Assembly (NCBI RefSeq): GCF_018977255.1
Contig: NW_024704743.1
Span: 110,486,001 to 110,550,000 of the forward strand
DNA from: Callorhinchus milii
Lineage: Eukaryota
Length of the DNA: 64,000 nt
Reading direction: 5' to 3'
Shown here: positions 1-13,384 of the stretch, piece after piece
How the letters are laid out: the number at the start of each line of letters is the position of its first letter
How positions within the stretch are numbered: position 1 is the stretch's first letter
Notes under the pieces: generated by a model
What the model was told of the DNA's origin: nothing
The model's database searches: none
The model's input: the letters and a program-made list of their open reading frames with translations, nothing else
Made by a program: the position numbers and the translations under genes

Positions 1-156
1 ATCGTCTCTATGAATACTTTTTATATTGCACTGAACTTGACCTGTTCTGTTTCACTTCTTGTTTTGTACAGTTGTAAAAAGGTGAACCTATCTAGTTTGC
101 CATTGCTTGGTGCCTGGCAGAGAAAAACTGGTAGCTCCAAGAGTGCCAATAGGAAG

Positions 157-537
157 ATGGCTGCTTCATTTGTTCCTGTGCCCTTACCTTTAGGAAATTC
201 CTCTCCTGGAACAGCTACAAGCAAAAATCGTAGGAGTTCTTCGCTCCAGTCGTTGGGCAGTGCGTCCACAAGTTCAAATTCTTCAAGAGGTTATTTGGAC
301 GAATTGCATTCTGGTGGCTTCAGAAAGACTGTTACTTCTGATCATTTAGCTTCTGCTTCCTCTGCAACTAATAGTCCTTTAGTAAGGACCAAGCTCAATG
401 GTGCAAACTCATCCATCGAATACTCTCCCAGACCCACAGGGTCTGAGAATGACACTGATTTGGTGAACTGGGAAGATAGACCTGCTACACCTACACTATT
501 GGGGTATGAGGTTATGGAAGAAAGGGCAAAATTTACG
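157..537 (+). CDS. SNX16: Sorting nexin 16, first coding exon (exon acceptor at 70-71, ATG 157)
   Basis: MAASFVPVPLPLGNS...WEDRPATPTLLGYEVMEERAKFT matches the SNX16 N-terminus and PX start; donor GTAAGC at 538; phase 0. Confidence 0.95.
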
Positions 538-1889
538 GTAAGCTTTTACATGTTTTTTTGCATGCTTTTAGGAATAATTATCTATCTGGATTGTAGTTGT
601 ACATTTCATACACTTTATCATATCCAGTGTTAGATTAATGTAATGCTCTTGTGCCCCTTTTGCTGCTATTAAAGTAACTTCAACAACATTTTATATAAAA
701 ATGCAGTAGATATCTGAACCTACTAAGTAATAGTAGGCCTTATACACTAGTCCTCCTCTACACCCCTCCCCCATCATTTTGACCCCAGTTTGGAATTAGC
801 AGAAGTAATAGCAACTGAAAAATAGTCTGCACTTCCGATTTATTATCAGAATCTATTTTCTTTTTTTGCAGTCAGCCGGGCATCTCTCATGTGCAGAATA
901 ATATTATTTTAATAATACCCTTATATTTGAGAGAGGTTGCCTCAAAGGAATTCCTGTATAGGAATGCCTAATATTTTTGTAGGCAAAAATAGCAGTCAGT
1001 TCACGTATTGCAATATACCCTGAACAATCATGAACTAAATGACCAATTCTTTGTGGAGGATTTGCTGGCCAGGACAAAGGGAAAAACTCACTAGGCTTAT
1101 TTAGTATATTGTTGCCAATATATTTCTTGTGACAGATGTGCACTGCATGTTGTAGCACTTTATCCCACTATGGGTTTAGTTCCAAATGTTTTCTCTGAAC
1201 ACAACCTAAGGAGAGAACTGTAACTGTATTCGTATTTCAGTTTCAAAGTTGGCAAAGCATGAACTTTTTCATATGCTGCCAAAGCACTTGAAATCTTAGT
1301 AACAAAGCAAAAATTGTTTGACACTGTACTGATTAATCTGTACAAGTTGTAGCTTTCATTGACTACAATGAACTTTTTTTTAGGATGCTAATTAAAGTGG
1401 GTTTTGACTTGTCTCCAAACGGGCAGCTCTTAATAAATCTTTGTAATTCATCGGAATCAAAAGTCACTTTTTGGTTTTGTTGCTAATTTTGTGCAATTTG
1501 CTTATACCAGGTTTGCAGGTTAATTTGATGTGGATCTTGGACTGCTGATTGCTAGCTTTTTAATTCAGAGAGGATTGGCAAGCAAGCCACCCTTAGCACA
1601 ATTTCTTGAGAAGGTAGAACAGAAGTTAGGACTTTAGCCGAGCAACAAAAAAAAAGGATAATTTAACTTCAGCAAAACTTTTATGTTGCTTGCAAAGTAA
1701 TTTAATAAAAAGCACACTAATCTTTGCACTTGATATACCACTTTGTCAACATCTCAACCCACTTCACAGGATACCGTAGGATGTACAGTAATTGTATTTT
1801 TGTAATATTGGGTGAGTGGCATTTTACAACATTTACATTTTTTGTTCTGCAATAAATATGTTGTTTCTCTTCCTGAGTATGAATAACTT

Positions 1890-2215
1890 TTAAGAGCATA
1901 CAAGTGATTTCCCTGAGCCAGTGCTCACTCTCCCAATACCTCATCAAGCAGCCATTGTTCATGTCAGGTTGGCAGGCTGTTCAGCAGCCAAACCTGATCC
2001 TTTCCTCTTATAATGTCTGCACACGCTGGATAGCGATTAGGAATGTGAGCTCTAGCCAGTGTTTTTCCTTTTCCTAACCCAGAATGTTAAAGCCAGTGTT
2101 AACACACAAACCGGGCTGACATCAGCTAACTCGGCCCAGACTGGGATTCGAACCTACGATTTTTTTCAGGTCGGCCCGTATGGCTTAGTGACTCGCTGAA
2201 TAAACTTACTGGGTC
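1890..2215 (-). mobile_element. Old tRNA-derived SINE remnant of a different family
   Basis: B-box-like GGTTCGAATCCC on the minus strand near 2150; loosely similar segment at about 52400-52745. Confidence 0.45.
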
Positions 2216-3288
2216 AGAAGATTTTGTATCCACCAAAAATTGAGTGAACTCTTAAGGGCTTAAAATCATGTTTTCCGGATGTCAGAGAGGAGTTGTGATA
2301 TGCACAAATTTTAGCTGCTTGTGAGAGTAGGACTTAAAATTATTTTTTTTCCACGTCTTACCTGATTTGGGGAAAATATAGCTCACCTGAAGCCATTTAG
2401 AAGTTGCACCAGAATCTGGAATGTGTGTTCTGACTGACTGACTGAGGTCTTGTTTTCTTACCCTAGTCCTCGCACTGTTTGTGGGATGAACCTGATTTTT
2501 CCACTACTAATACATGCTGCTGCTGTTGTTAATGTATGAGTCAGTTTCATTATTCAACACAAGTATGTGTGAGGAAGTGTGGTTTATCTTTATCTGAGAA
2601 CGGTTTTGGTAGGTGCTAAAAGTTGCACATCTGTCACAAGCAATGCAACTGTTTGACTTGAATAATAACTGTGTGGACTTAACCCTGGTCAGCTGAGGGA
2701 TACAAGGTGGTTAAATGTTCCATTTTAATCAAATGCCAGAGTGAAATCTTAGTAAGATTGGCCCACTCTTAAGGTTTTTCACACATTTTGAGAGTTTCAT
2801 AATGTAAATGGGTGATGCTTGGAGATATTCATTGCCCTATAGATACTGCTGGTCTAAGTATCCTAGAGATCATTTCCTTCATATTCTACATTTGTCTGTA
2901 TCCAACAATCTGCATGCATGTTAAGTACAGAATATGTTGAGACATTCTGTTTTTGGGTATCATTTTAAGAGCTTTGCAATAACAATCCAAATACTGAATC
3001 ACTTGATAACTTGATGAAGCAAGTTATGTTTTTACCCAATGGATTATGTAGGTTTGAAAAGTAATAAAGTAACAATTATCCTCATATGATATAACACCTT
3101 AACTTGCAATCGGAACGTCTCAGAGAGCTTCACAAGACTTAATGTAAGCTCTCTTGTAGGCGAATTCAGTATCCAGTTTGCACACAGCAATGTTCCACAA
3201 ACAGCCACGCAGTGAATGTCCAATGTTATCTGAGAGATTGTCGGCCAGGACACCCGAGTGAAACTCCCTTCTCTTTTCTAGTAGTGTC

Positions 3289-3640
3289 ATAGGAACATAG
3301 GAATAGGAGTAGGCCATTCAGCCCTTTCAGCCTGTTCCGCCATTTAATAAGATCATCGCTGATCTGTACCTCAACTAAGCCTTTCAAATGCAATTTCCCG
3401 TTTTCTCCCCATATCCCTTAATATCCTGACCTACCAAAAATCTGTCAACCTTCCTCTTTATTTCTTTTTAAGGTGTGGATGGATCCAGTACCCACAGCCT
3501 TTTGGGGGAGAGAATTCCATATTTCTACCACCCTGAGTGAAAAAATGCTTCTTGATTTCACTCTTATAAATGGCCTGGTTGAAATTTTAAGACTATGCTT
3601 CCTTGTTTTGGATTCCCCCACCAGAGGAAATAGCTTCTCT
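3289..3640 (-). mobile_element. CR1 3' fragment nested in a Deu-domain SINE (about 3090-3690)
   Basis: CATAGGAACATAGGAATAGGAGTAGGCCATTCAGCCC CR1-type end; SINE sequence resumes at GTGCCATGGGAT. Confidence 0.75.
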
Positions 3641-4719
3641 GTGCCATGGGATTTTTATCTGAAGGATGGCATCTCCCGACAATGTAGCACTAGGTTACTA
3701 GAGAGAGGAGCGTTTTCCCTTTTAGGACAAGACAATAAAAGCACAAACTCAGAAGGAAATGGCAGCTGACTTAATCTGAAACTATTGAATTCTAAGTTAT
3801 ACTCCTTGGAAAATTCAGTACAATAGACGAATCATGGGTGAGGAAGTAAGTGAACTCTTTGACATCTTTGTCAACCTCGATGGAGTATCAACACTGGATC
3901 CTTTTCCGGTGGGATAAGAGTTGTGGTTAAAAAAATAACCTGCAGTGTTTACATAGAAACTGGTGGCCAATTGGAGTCGCTCCACGTGATTTTGTACCTA
4001 TTAGCTTTTGTGATTGGCTTCCCTGAGAGTTGCCAATCTCGTTGCTCATCCCTTTAGTGATTTTACTAAGCAGCTCAGAAGCTGCAGAAATGATCAACAC
4101 AATCCCAGGGGGATTTGAAATGTTGTAGGGATATTGTCAGAACTTTCTTCTGATCCCAAAAAAAAAAAACCCTACATTTTACCTTTTTTTAAAAGCAGAA
4201 TTGTAGATAACTGCATTTGGAAAGCAAAATTTAAGAAACTCCCTAACTGGAGCATATATGATTTGACATTTCAACAGAATTGTAATGGTGTATTAAACAT
4301 TGATTGAGTCATCTTGTGGGTGAGTCCAGAACTGGAAGGCATAAATATAATTGAGCCAGTAGCGTATCTAATAGGAAGTTTAGGAGGAACTTCTTCAAGA
4401 AGAGGGTAGTAAGAATGTGCAGTACTTAATAATAATGTGTGGAACTCATTGTCAGAAACTGGTTGAAGCATTAACATATTTAAGAGGAAACTTAAGGGAG
4501 AGCAAAATAGAGAGAGATATAGGTAAAAGGAATAAGGGATGGAGGCTCGGGTAGAGTATAAACAGCATTTTTTTTAAATGGTTTCAAAATTCAAATCAAC
4601 TTTTTTTTTATTTTAAAACATTTTACAAATGTAATTGCTATACAGATGCATTGTTTCAATCCAGGTTAAGTTCAAGTTTGTTCTGAAATCTGCTGGTATG
4701 GTTTGTTTTTAAAATCTAG

Positions 4720-4806
4720 GTTTACAAGGTTCTTGTGAAGAATCACCTCGCGGAGAACTGGGTGGTGTTCAGGAGATACACAGATTTCTCACGACTGAAT
4801 GACAAG
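4720..4806 (+). CDS. SNX16: SNX16 coding exon 2 (PX domain)
   Basis: [38 protein letters not shown] motif. Confidence 0.95.
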
Positions 4807-6294
4807 GTGTATAATCTGTTCTCAGTTTTCTGTTAAAGTTCATGGATTGCAAACTTATCTCATTTTAAAGCAACGTTGAAATAATAATAATTATCTTTAT
4901 ATTTGCTATGGCGCCTTTCATGTCAGGAGGATGTCTCAAAGCGCTTCACATGACGTGCTGTAAAGTGGAATTACTGTGCTTTTTGTTTTGTGGCAGCCAA
5001 TTTGCACACAGCGATGTCCTACAAACAGCAATGAAGTGACTGTCCAATTGTTTGGGGGGATTGTTTCACTGGATACCCAGGGAAACTACCTTCTTGTTGA
5101 ATAGTACAGTGGGATCTTGTAACATCCACCTGAATGGGCAGACAGTTTAACATTTCATTTGAAGGACAAGAAATGTTTAATATTTAGAAATATTTAAGTT
5201 TGTGTAGATTGAATGCAAAAAAAAGTTGTTCCAGGTGAATTACTACATAATGCCCAAATTTTATAGTTTCCCATTATACAAAGTATGATTGTATCCTCTC
5301 TGGATCGTGGGATGCGCTCTTTTAGTTAAGTATGTTCAATGTTTTGAGACTATTCTGCGTGAAGGGTGCTATATAAATGCAAGTTGTTGTAACTAAAAGC
5401 TCCCCAAAATTGAATGATCTTTTTTCCAGGTTAAAAGGTTGAGGAATATGAGAAGCTTTTTATGCTTCAGGTACTAGGTTTGATTCCCAATTTTAGTGTA
5501 AAAGTTGTAATGCAAAGCAGCCTTGCCCAAGTGGCTAATTTTCACCTATTCAAGCAGTGGAACTCCACAGGTTATTTAACTTGAGATATGGTGAGACTGT
5601 ATCACAATCTTGCCCATCATCCGAATGTACATTTTTCTTGCTTATAACATCGGGGTAGGAATCTGAGGGTAGGCAAAGCAACTCCATCCTCACAGTTCTG
5701 TCTAACACTCAACAAGACAGGGATGAGACCTTGGATCCTTCATTTTCTTTAATGCCCATTGCTCCTTCCACCTGAGTGCATTTCATCCGTTCAACTCTCA
5801 TGGTGCTCAAGTTGCACTTGTACCAATACTAAATTCAACCGCTCACATCCTCAACCCCATCACTCTTATCCTCACCAGGCTCCAGTGGCTCTCTGACTCA
5901 AGATCCCCACCACTACAAATCCTTTTGCACCCTACACCTCTGACCTGCTCATACTCAACACCAGCTTGCATTTATATAGTGCCCTTCACGTGGGGCAGCT
6001 TTCTGGAGCATTTCTTTCACCCCACTCCTTTACCCATTCTCTTCGTTCAACAAACACAGGCTTGCTGCACGTCCTGTGTCATGATCGGTGACTGTTTTCA
6101 GCCACTATCTTGCTAAACTCTGCAACTCCCTGCTTCTGCATTGCCCCTCTTTATCTTTAAATCCTACTTTAAAACCTCTTCGACTGTACCTACGGTCAAC
6201 TCCCCTTCTCCTTTCTCATTCGTTCAGTGTCCAGCCCCACCACTGTGAAGCATTCCCAAGACATTAGCTTAGGTGAAGGGCACTTTATAAATGC

Positions 6295-6563
6295 AACAAC
6301 AACAACAACAAGATTCCATTTATAAAGCGCCTTTCACGTCGGGAGGACGTCCCAAGGCGCTGCACAGTTGGGTCATGACCCGAGCAGGGGGGAAATGGTC
6401 AGGGTGAGGGGAGGGAAGGGAGGGAGCGAGGAGGGGGAAATGGTCAGGGTGAGGGAAGGGAGGGAGCAAGGAGGGGGAAATGGTCAGGGTGAGGGGAGGG
6501 AAGGGAGGGAGCGAGGAGGGGGAAGAGAGTCGAGAGGGGAGCTGAAGGCACGGTCAAAGAGAA
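6295..6563 (-). mobile_element. Short L2 3'-end copy with internal triplication, inserted in the tail of an older + strand L2 remnant (about 5800-6295)
   Basis: Reverse complement of about 15741-15922; about 46-bp segment present three times. Confidence 0.85.
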
Positions 6564-7059
6564 GTTGTTGTTACCTTGGTTCTTGTGAATTCAAACTAAA
6601 TCTACCTCCTACTTTAGCACTTGTTTGATCACATGGAGGCAAAAGCTGATGTGCTATGCTTGAGTTTGTGCAACATATTCACTGGTGAAAATTAACCACT
6701 GGGCAAGCCTGCTTTACAACATGGAATATGTACTCTTACTGGTTTAAATCAAATGGAAACACCAATTGTTGGCTACCGTGTGACTATATGGTAGGAATCT
6801 TAGGCACTAGTTTATCTTGCAGCAAAACAAAGGCCCTGAATTAAACGGTCTCTAATTTCCATAGATACAAGTGTAATGAGTTTTACACTTCAAATCTTTA
6901 AAAACATGAGGTTTAACATTGCTGTTGCCTAACGGGAGTGTTAATGTTGTATTCTGGGGTAGGAAGAATTGATTTTAAAAATGTTCAGGTTCTAACCATA
7001 TGAAGAATGGTATATAAATGCAAGTTGTTGATTACAGCTACAGATCTGTACCAGTCTGA

Positions 7060-9545
7060 ATCCTTATCCCCCTCCTGCTCTATCTCCTTGGACTTCTCCT
7101 CTCTCCTTTCCTCTCCCAAACTCTCCCTCCACATCCACTTGCCACCCACGTTTATGGCCACCCACTCGACCTGGTGATTACCCGAGGCCTCAGTGTCTTG
7201 GACCTCACAATCACAGACAAAGCCATCTCCGATCACCATTTCATCTCCTTTAACTTCTCAATCCCTCTCCCCACCACCACCAAACTCACCTCCTGGAAAA
7301 AAATCTCCCCACAATCCCCCTCTGCTGCCCTGGAGTCATCTGAATTCCTCCCCCTCTGACCTTCCGCACTGATTTATCCTCCTCGCTGACTCTCCTCCAC
7401 AACTCCCTCTTCACCATTCTCGATGACCTTGTCCCCTTCACCTCCCGAACCACCTTCTGCTCATGAACCTCACCCTTGTACATTAGCCACCTCCACTCCC
7501 TCAAGAGGCAGGTGTGGGCTGCCGAATGCACCTGGCTCAAATCTGATCTAATGGTCCAGTGGCAGATCTGGCTGGACCACATCAAAATGCACCACTCCGC
7601 ACTCGCCTCCACCAAATCATCCTTTTACTCCAAGATAATCTTGGAGGCGAAGGACAATCCCAGGGTATTATTCTCCACCACCTCCTCCGCCCACTCTCCC
7701 ATGCCTCACCCAATCTCTCCTTAAACTCTGACTGTGAGGAGATACTGGATTTCCTTGAGTCCAAAATCGAGGAGATCCATTCAGCTGCCTCCGCCTTCCC
7801 AACCGCCACTCCCTCCCCATCTCCCTGCCACACTCCGATCCCATCCCTCTCTCCATTTCTTCAAACCTGTCTCCCCCTCCTCTTTCATCACCAACATATC
7901 CAGCATGAAATATACCACCTGCTCTCTTGATCCCATCCCCACCCCTCTCCTTACCTCCCAGCTCCACCTCCTCGCCCCTCTACTCTCCGACACCATCAAT
8001 CTCTCCCTATCATCTGGTACTGTTCCCATCCCCCCAAAAAAACCCCAGCTATAATCACCCTCATTCCTGAAAAAGCCATCCCTGGACCCATCCCTGTTTT
8101 CTAACTACTGGCCCATCTCCAACCTCCCTTTTCTTTCCAAGATCCTTGAAAGAGTCATTGCTTCCCAGCTTCGCTCCTTCCTCTCCTACTGCTCCCTTCA
8201 CCAGCCCCTCCAATCGGGTTTCCATGCTGCTCACAACACAGAAACTGCTCTGGTCAATGTCACAAACAACATCCTGTCCATCTGTGACCAGGGCTCCCTC
8301 TGCCTCCTCATTCTCCTTGCCCTCTCTGCTGCATTTGATACCGTGATCCACTCAATCCTCCTCCACTGCCTCTCCTCTCACCTCAACCTTCAAAGTTCTG
8401 TCCTTGAATGGTTCAGGTCTTATCTCTCACACCGTCTCCAATTTGTCTCCACCAACGGTTTCTCTTCCAGCCCCCCCACGTCTTGTGTGGTGTTCCTCAG
8501 GGCTCTGTCCTTAGTCCCCTCCTCTTCAACCTCTATATGCTCCTCCCTTAGTGACATCATCCAAAGACATGAGTTCAACTTCCACATATACAGGGATGAC
8601 ATCCAACTCTATCTCTCTGCCTCCCCCCTCTATTCCAGGACAACTGATGTCCTGACAGACTGTCTGTCAAGCATCCAGTACTGGATGAGAGCCAACTTGG
8701 ACAGCTGAATGTCAGCAAGACCGAGGCCCTCCTGATTGGCTCACGCCAGCGCCTCCACACCTCAGGCACTGCAGCATCAGCATCCATGGTTGCACACTCC
8801 ACCTCACCAAGCCAGTCAGGAACCTGGGAGGCTTGTTCGATCCTCAACTGTACTTTCTCCCTCATATCTGTGCCATGACCTGCTCTGCCTTCCCCCACCT
8901 TTGCAACATTGGCCAACTCTGCTACTGCCTTACCTCTCAGGCTGCCAAAATCCTCACATACGCATTCATCACCTCAAGGCTCAACTACGGAACCTTCCTC
9001 CTTGTTGGCCTCCCCAACTTTTCCCTCCACAAGCTGCAGATCATCCAGAACTCTGCAGCTTGTGTCCTTTCCTGCACTAGGCTCCGTGACCCCATCACCC
9101 CCACCCTCACCCGACTCCACCGGCTCCCTATACCTCAAAGGATAGAATTCAAAATCCTCATCTTCACTTTCAAGGCCCTCCACGGCTTTATCCCCTCCTA
9201 CCTCTCTGACCTGCTAATCAATCTGTCTGCTCCCTCCGTTCAGTCAGGCTCCAGCCTGCTCCACGTCTCCCGCCCTACCATCGGCGGCCGGGCTTTCAGC
9301 CTCTCTGCCCCCACCCTCTGGAACTCCATCCACAATCTCTTTGCCTTGCTCCCTCCCTTGCCTCCTTCAAGGCACAACTCAAGACCCTCCTTTTTGACCG
9401 TGCCTTCAGCCTCCCTCCTACCTCTCTACCCTCCCTCAGCCCAACGTTGCCCCTCCACACTCGGGTCCTGATCCCTGACTGTTCAGTGCCTTGGGACGTC
9501 CTCCTGATGTGAAAGGCGCTTAACAAATGTAAGTTTGTTGTTATG
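7060..9545 (+). mobile_element. Decayed L2-clade LINE (ORF2/RT and 3' tail)
   Basis: Frameshifted RT fragments (TTCSLDPIPT, HIYRDDIQLYLS, LHRLPIPQRIEFKILIFTFKALHG); tail GGGACGTCCTCCTGATGTGAAAGGCGC..TTGTTG; ends approximate. Confidence 0.9.
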
Positions 9546-9746
9546 TAACAATGCTTGCATTTGGCATAGCACCTTACCACATTGAAACTCTTTCACTTTC
9601 ATATAGTTTGTGTGACTTTTGTTCATGGATAAAGGAGAGTAAGGAAAGGAGAGTAGTTCTGACAAGGAAGGTAATTTTCTGCAAAGTAACTCTTAATAGA
9701 ATGAAGATGTCTAAAATTCTTTTCATCTTCTTTAAATTCCTACCAG

Positions 9747-9895
9747 CTAAAGGAGATGTTTCCTGGTTTCCGCCTAGCACTTCCACCCAAGCGTTGGTTC
9801 AAGGATAATTATGATCCTACTTTCTTAGAAGACCGACAGCTAGGACTGCAGGCATTTCTGCAAAATCTAGTGGCACACAAAGATATCGCAAACAG
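9747..9895 (+). CDS. SNX16: SNX16 coding exon 3 (PX domain)
   Basis: [53 protein letters not shown] boundaries, ends phase 2. Confidence 0.95.
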
Positions 9896-10593
9896 GTATT
9901 GTGTTTTGGTATTGTGGACTATTGGCTGCTGAATGCTGGAATAACTATCCTATTAATCTCCTGGTATTTGCTATCATAAACATAGTGTCAGGATCAAGGT
10001 TCACGTTGATGCATTAGTTCAGGTTTTAAGAATAGTTCAGTTGGAACCCATTTATTCAGTGGTTTGGTTACGTAAATTTAGATGCCTACATTATCACAGG
10101 ATTCTCACCTATAAAACCCCCACCTTCTTCCCCCCTCCATCCGTCACTCTAATTCTTGCCAGGCTCCACTGGCTCGATTGCAGATCAGATTGATTTAAGA
10201 TCCTCACACTCACTTACAAACCACTTCATGCCCTAGTACCTCCCTACCTCTCTGACCATGGTGAATAAACACAAAAAAAGCAGTTTAGACGTGTAAATTC
10301 TTTGCATTGGTTGCACTTGTATTTTGTCTTTAAAAAGGTTAGGTGTTAAGATGAAAAATCTTCAGTTTTTGTAATAATGTAACACAGTTTACATTTACGT
10401 AGATGCTTTCATGTTGGGAGAATTTCTCAAATCACTTACCTCTGCGGTTGGGCACAACCTACCTGCCTACCAGAGGTTTTTGGTTACAACTGGGGCTAAC
10501 TTATGCCCAGTGGAACAAATTCCCATTGAAATACCATTGTTTTAATTGTTTCAAAATAATTGTCTTTGCTGAAGTAACTTTTTTCCTTTTCAG

Positions 10594-10663
10594 CATGGCA
10601 GTGAGGGAGTTTTTATGTCTGGATGAACCACCAGGTCCCTTTGATAGCCTGGAAGAGAGTCGG
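10594..10663 (+). CDS. SNX16: SNX16 coding exon 4
   Basis: (S)[27 protein letters not shown] boundaries. Confidence 0.95.
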
Positions 10664-11327
10664 GTAAATTCAGTTTCTATTCTTTTATGACTACAGCATG
10701 TTAACCAAACCTGCTGAAAATCCTTGTATTTGATATATCGACTTTCACGTTATTGAGCGGAAAAATGTCTCAAAGCACTTTGCAAGGTTTTATTGTGAAG
10801 TGTAGTTACTGTGTATTTTGTAGGCAAATGTGACAGCCAATTTACCCAAAGCAATGTCCCACAGACTGCTTGAAAGTGAATGATCATTTTTGGCTGGGGG
10901 GATTATTGGCCAGGACACCAACCTCTTGTCAAATAGCACCATGGGATCTTTAACATCCACCTGAACATGCAGATGGATTTAACATCTCACCCAAAGGACA
11001 GTACCTCCAAAAATGCATCATTCCTACTGGAACTGTATTGGAGAGTCAGCCTGGGTTGAGTTCAAGGCCCTGAAGTGGGGTTTAAACCCACAACCTCTGA
11101 CTCAGATGCAAGCATTTCTGTATACAATAATGGTATTGTTTTTGTGGACAGATAAGCATTTGCTGAACAAAGCAGAAATCTTTGGAGTGGGTGAAATTTA
11201 TACTGTGGCTGCCGATGCATTCTTTAAACTTCAGTCTATTTATAATTGATGACCTTTTTAAAACGTGCAGTCAAACATTAACTATTTGTTTTTTGAGGGG
11301 GGAGTAGAGAGTGAAAGGAAAGCAAAA

Positions 11328-11395
11328 TATTCTGAGACATTGATGTTAATGTATTCTGAGACATTAATATTAATGTATTCTGAGACATTAATATC
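11328..11395. repeat. 24-bp tandem repeat, about 3 copies
   Basis: TATTCTGAGACATTRATRTTAATG. Confidence 0.85.
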
Positions 11396-11812
11396 AAATT
11401 GCATGAAAGTAGTGGGTTGTTTTTCAAATATTTTGTAACTCTTTATTCTCTCAGTTAACTTCCAATCACTTGTTTTGGAAATGTTGGCTTACTGCTGAAA
11501 GCCTGTCTTCAGATTGGTTTTGCAGCCAGTATAAGGCCCAGGCTCATGGCATTTGATGTGCTTTGCCATTTTGGCACAACCTTCTCCATCTACCAATGCA
11601 GACCTGTAGTCAAATCAGGAAACATATGTCTCCAGTAAGCCTACTTGGTAGTGGAAGTGGTGGTAACCTGACGGGGTCTGGCTGACTAAACCCATTTGTT
11701 AAACATGAGACACAAATGAACAGTGATCACTATTGTGTTGGTTCCAAATATGGTCACACATTGTGTTAAAGACACAGCTTATCACACTTTTCATGATGAC
11801 TTCCCACTACAG

Positions 11813-11949
11813 GCTTTCTGTGAAACATTGGAAGAAACTAATTATAGACTTCAAAAGGAACTCGTGGAAAAGCAAAAGGAAGTTGAAACTCTGAGGAAAC
11901 TACTGGAAGAAAAATGCCTTCATATAGAGGTTTTAGAAAGCAGATCAAG
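11813..11949 (+). CDS. SNX16: SNX16 coding exon 5 (coiled coil)
   Basis: [49 protein letters not shown] boundaries. Confidence 0.95.
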
Positions 11950-12364
11950 GTACTGTGACATGTCATTACTTTCTTTTTTTCCCCATTTTCACATTGTTTC
12001 AAACTTAATATATATCAGCAAGCTCTTCCTACAACTCCCCATTGCCAATTCTTTACACTGTGCATATTTACATAATACACAGTATAAGTAATAACAGCCC
12101 TGGGATACCCTGCTGGTCACCTAATTTCATTTGATGCAGCTCCATGCAAAACTGCAAGTTGCTTCTTTTGACTTACAAAGGGAGCTTTATGTACATGGGC
12201 TGATGACTGGTAAATGGAGTTCAATATAGATAAATCAAGTTACTGAATATAGGAGGATACACACCATGAATGGGACAGAAATTGTGTGATGCTTTGACTC
12301 ACTAAATCAATGTAAGGGTGGGGTGGGTGTGAGAGAAGAGGCTTCAATTGTGTTACTTAGTAGT

Positions 12365-12821
12365 TTCCTTGCCCATCCTTGCCCAACTCCACTGGCTTTC
12401 CATCACACAGAGGATACAGTTCAAGATCCTGGGCCTCACCTTCAAAGCCCTCCATGGTCTTGCTAACCCCTACGTCGCTGACCTCCTAACCCCCTACCAT
12501 CCTGTTCGCTCCCTCCGCTCAGCGGGCTCTGGCCTGCTTTACGTCCCCCGCCTTGCTCGCCCCACTATTGGTGGGTGGGCTTTCCGACACTCTGCCCCAC
12601 CATCTGAAACTCCATCCCGTAGACCCTCCATCTCTCCCCCTCCCTCGCCACCTTCAACACCCACCTCAAGACCCTCCTCTTCGACCATGCTTTCGATCTC
12701 CTTGCTTTCCTTCCCCACCCCGACCCCCAGCTCGGGTCCGTAACTCTGTCTGTCCAGCGCCTTGGGACGTCCTCACGACGTGAAAGGTGCTATACAAATG
12801 TAATTTTGTTGTTGTTGTTGT
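12365..12821 (+). mobile_element. L2 3' fragment
   Basis: LHWLSITQRIQFKILGLTFKALHG plus (TTG)n tail. Confidence 0.88.
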
Positions 12822-13384
12822 TTCAAATGAGAAAACTGTCTGGAGTGGGAAAAAAGTAGTCTATATACCACTTTGAGGTGCCCACATCGTGAGTGAAATT
12901 GACTCATTCCAACAGAAATTGGTTAACTGAGAAGTGAACGTTTGATTTCATGTCTTTCATGGTTTGACCATTTCAAATCTACCTTGAGTTTCCTTCTTGC
13001 TGTGATCTTAGTGTTGTGACGAGATACTGGTGGACACTTGACATCCATCAATGTAGGAGTACTGAAGCCATACAAAGCTTAGCAATTTAGCATTGAGTGT
13101 GTTTACAGACTAGCACTCCCTTGCAGCTGAGTTCCAACACATAGCATTTTGTATTTCTTTTGCAGATTTCTGATGCTCTTAATGATTCTAGTCAGGTTAT
13201 CTTGTGTCTACCAGAACTAATTGTGGTGTGCGTTTACAATTGCATGTGTTGAAATGAGCACTGATAATCTTGCACTAATGATCATAGTTTCTGGTATGCC
13301 TTATGCACAGTTTGTTGAAAACAAACAAAGGCATGTACCAAAGCACCAATGATTTATAAAAAATATATTATGACAGTAACATTA

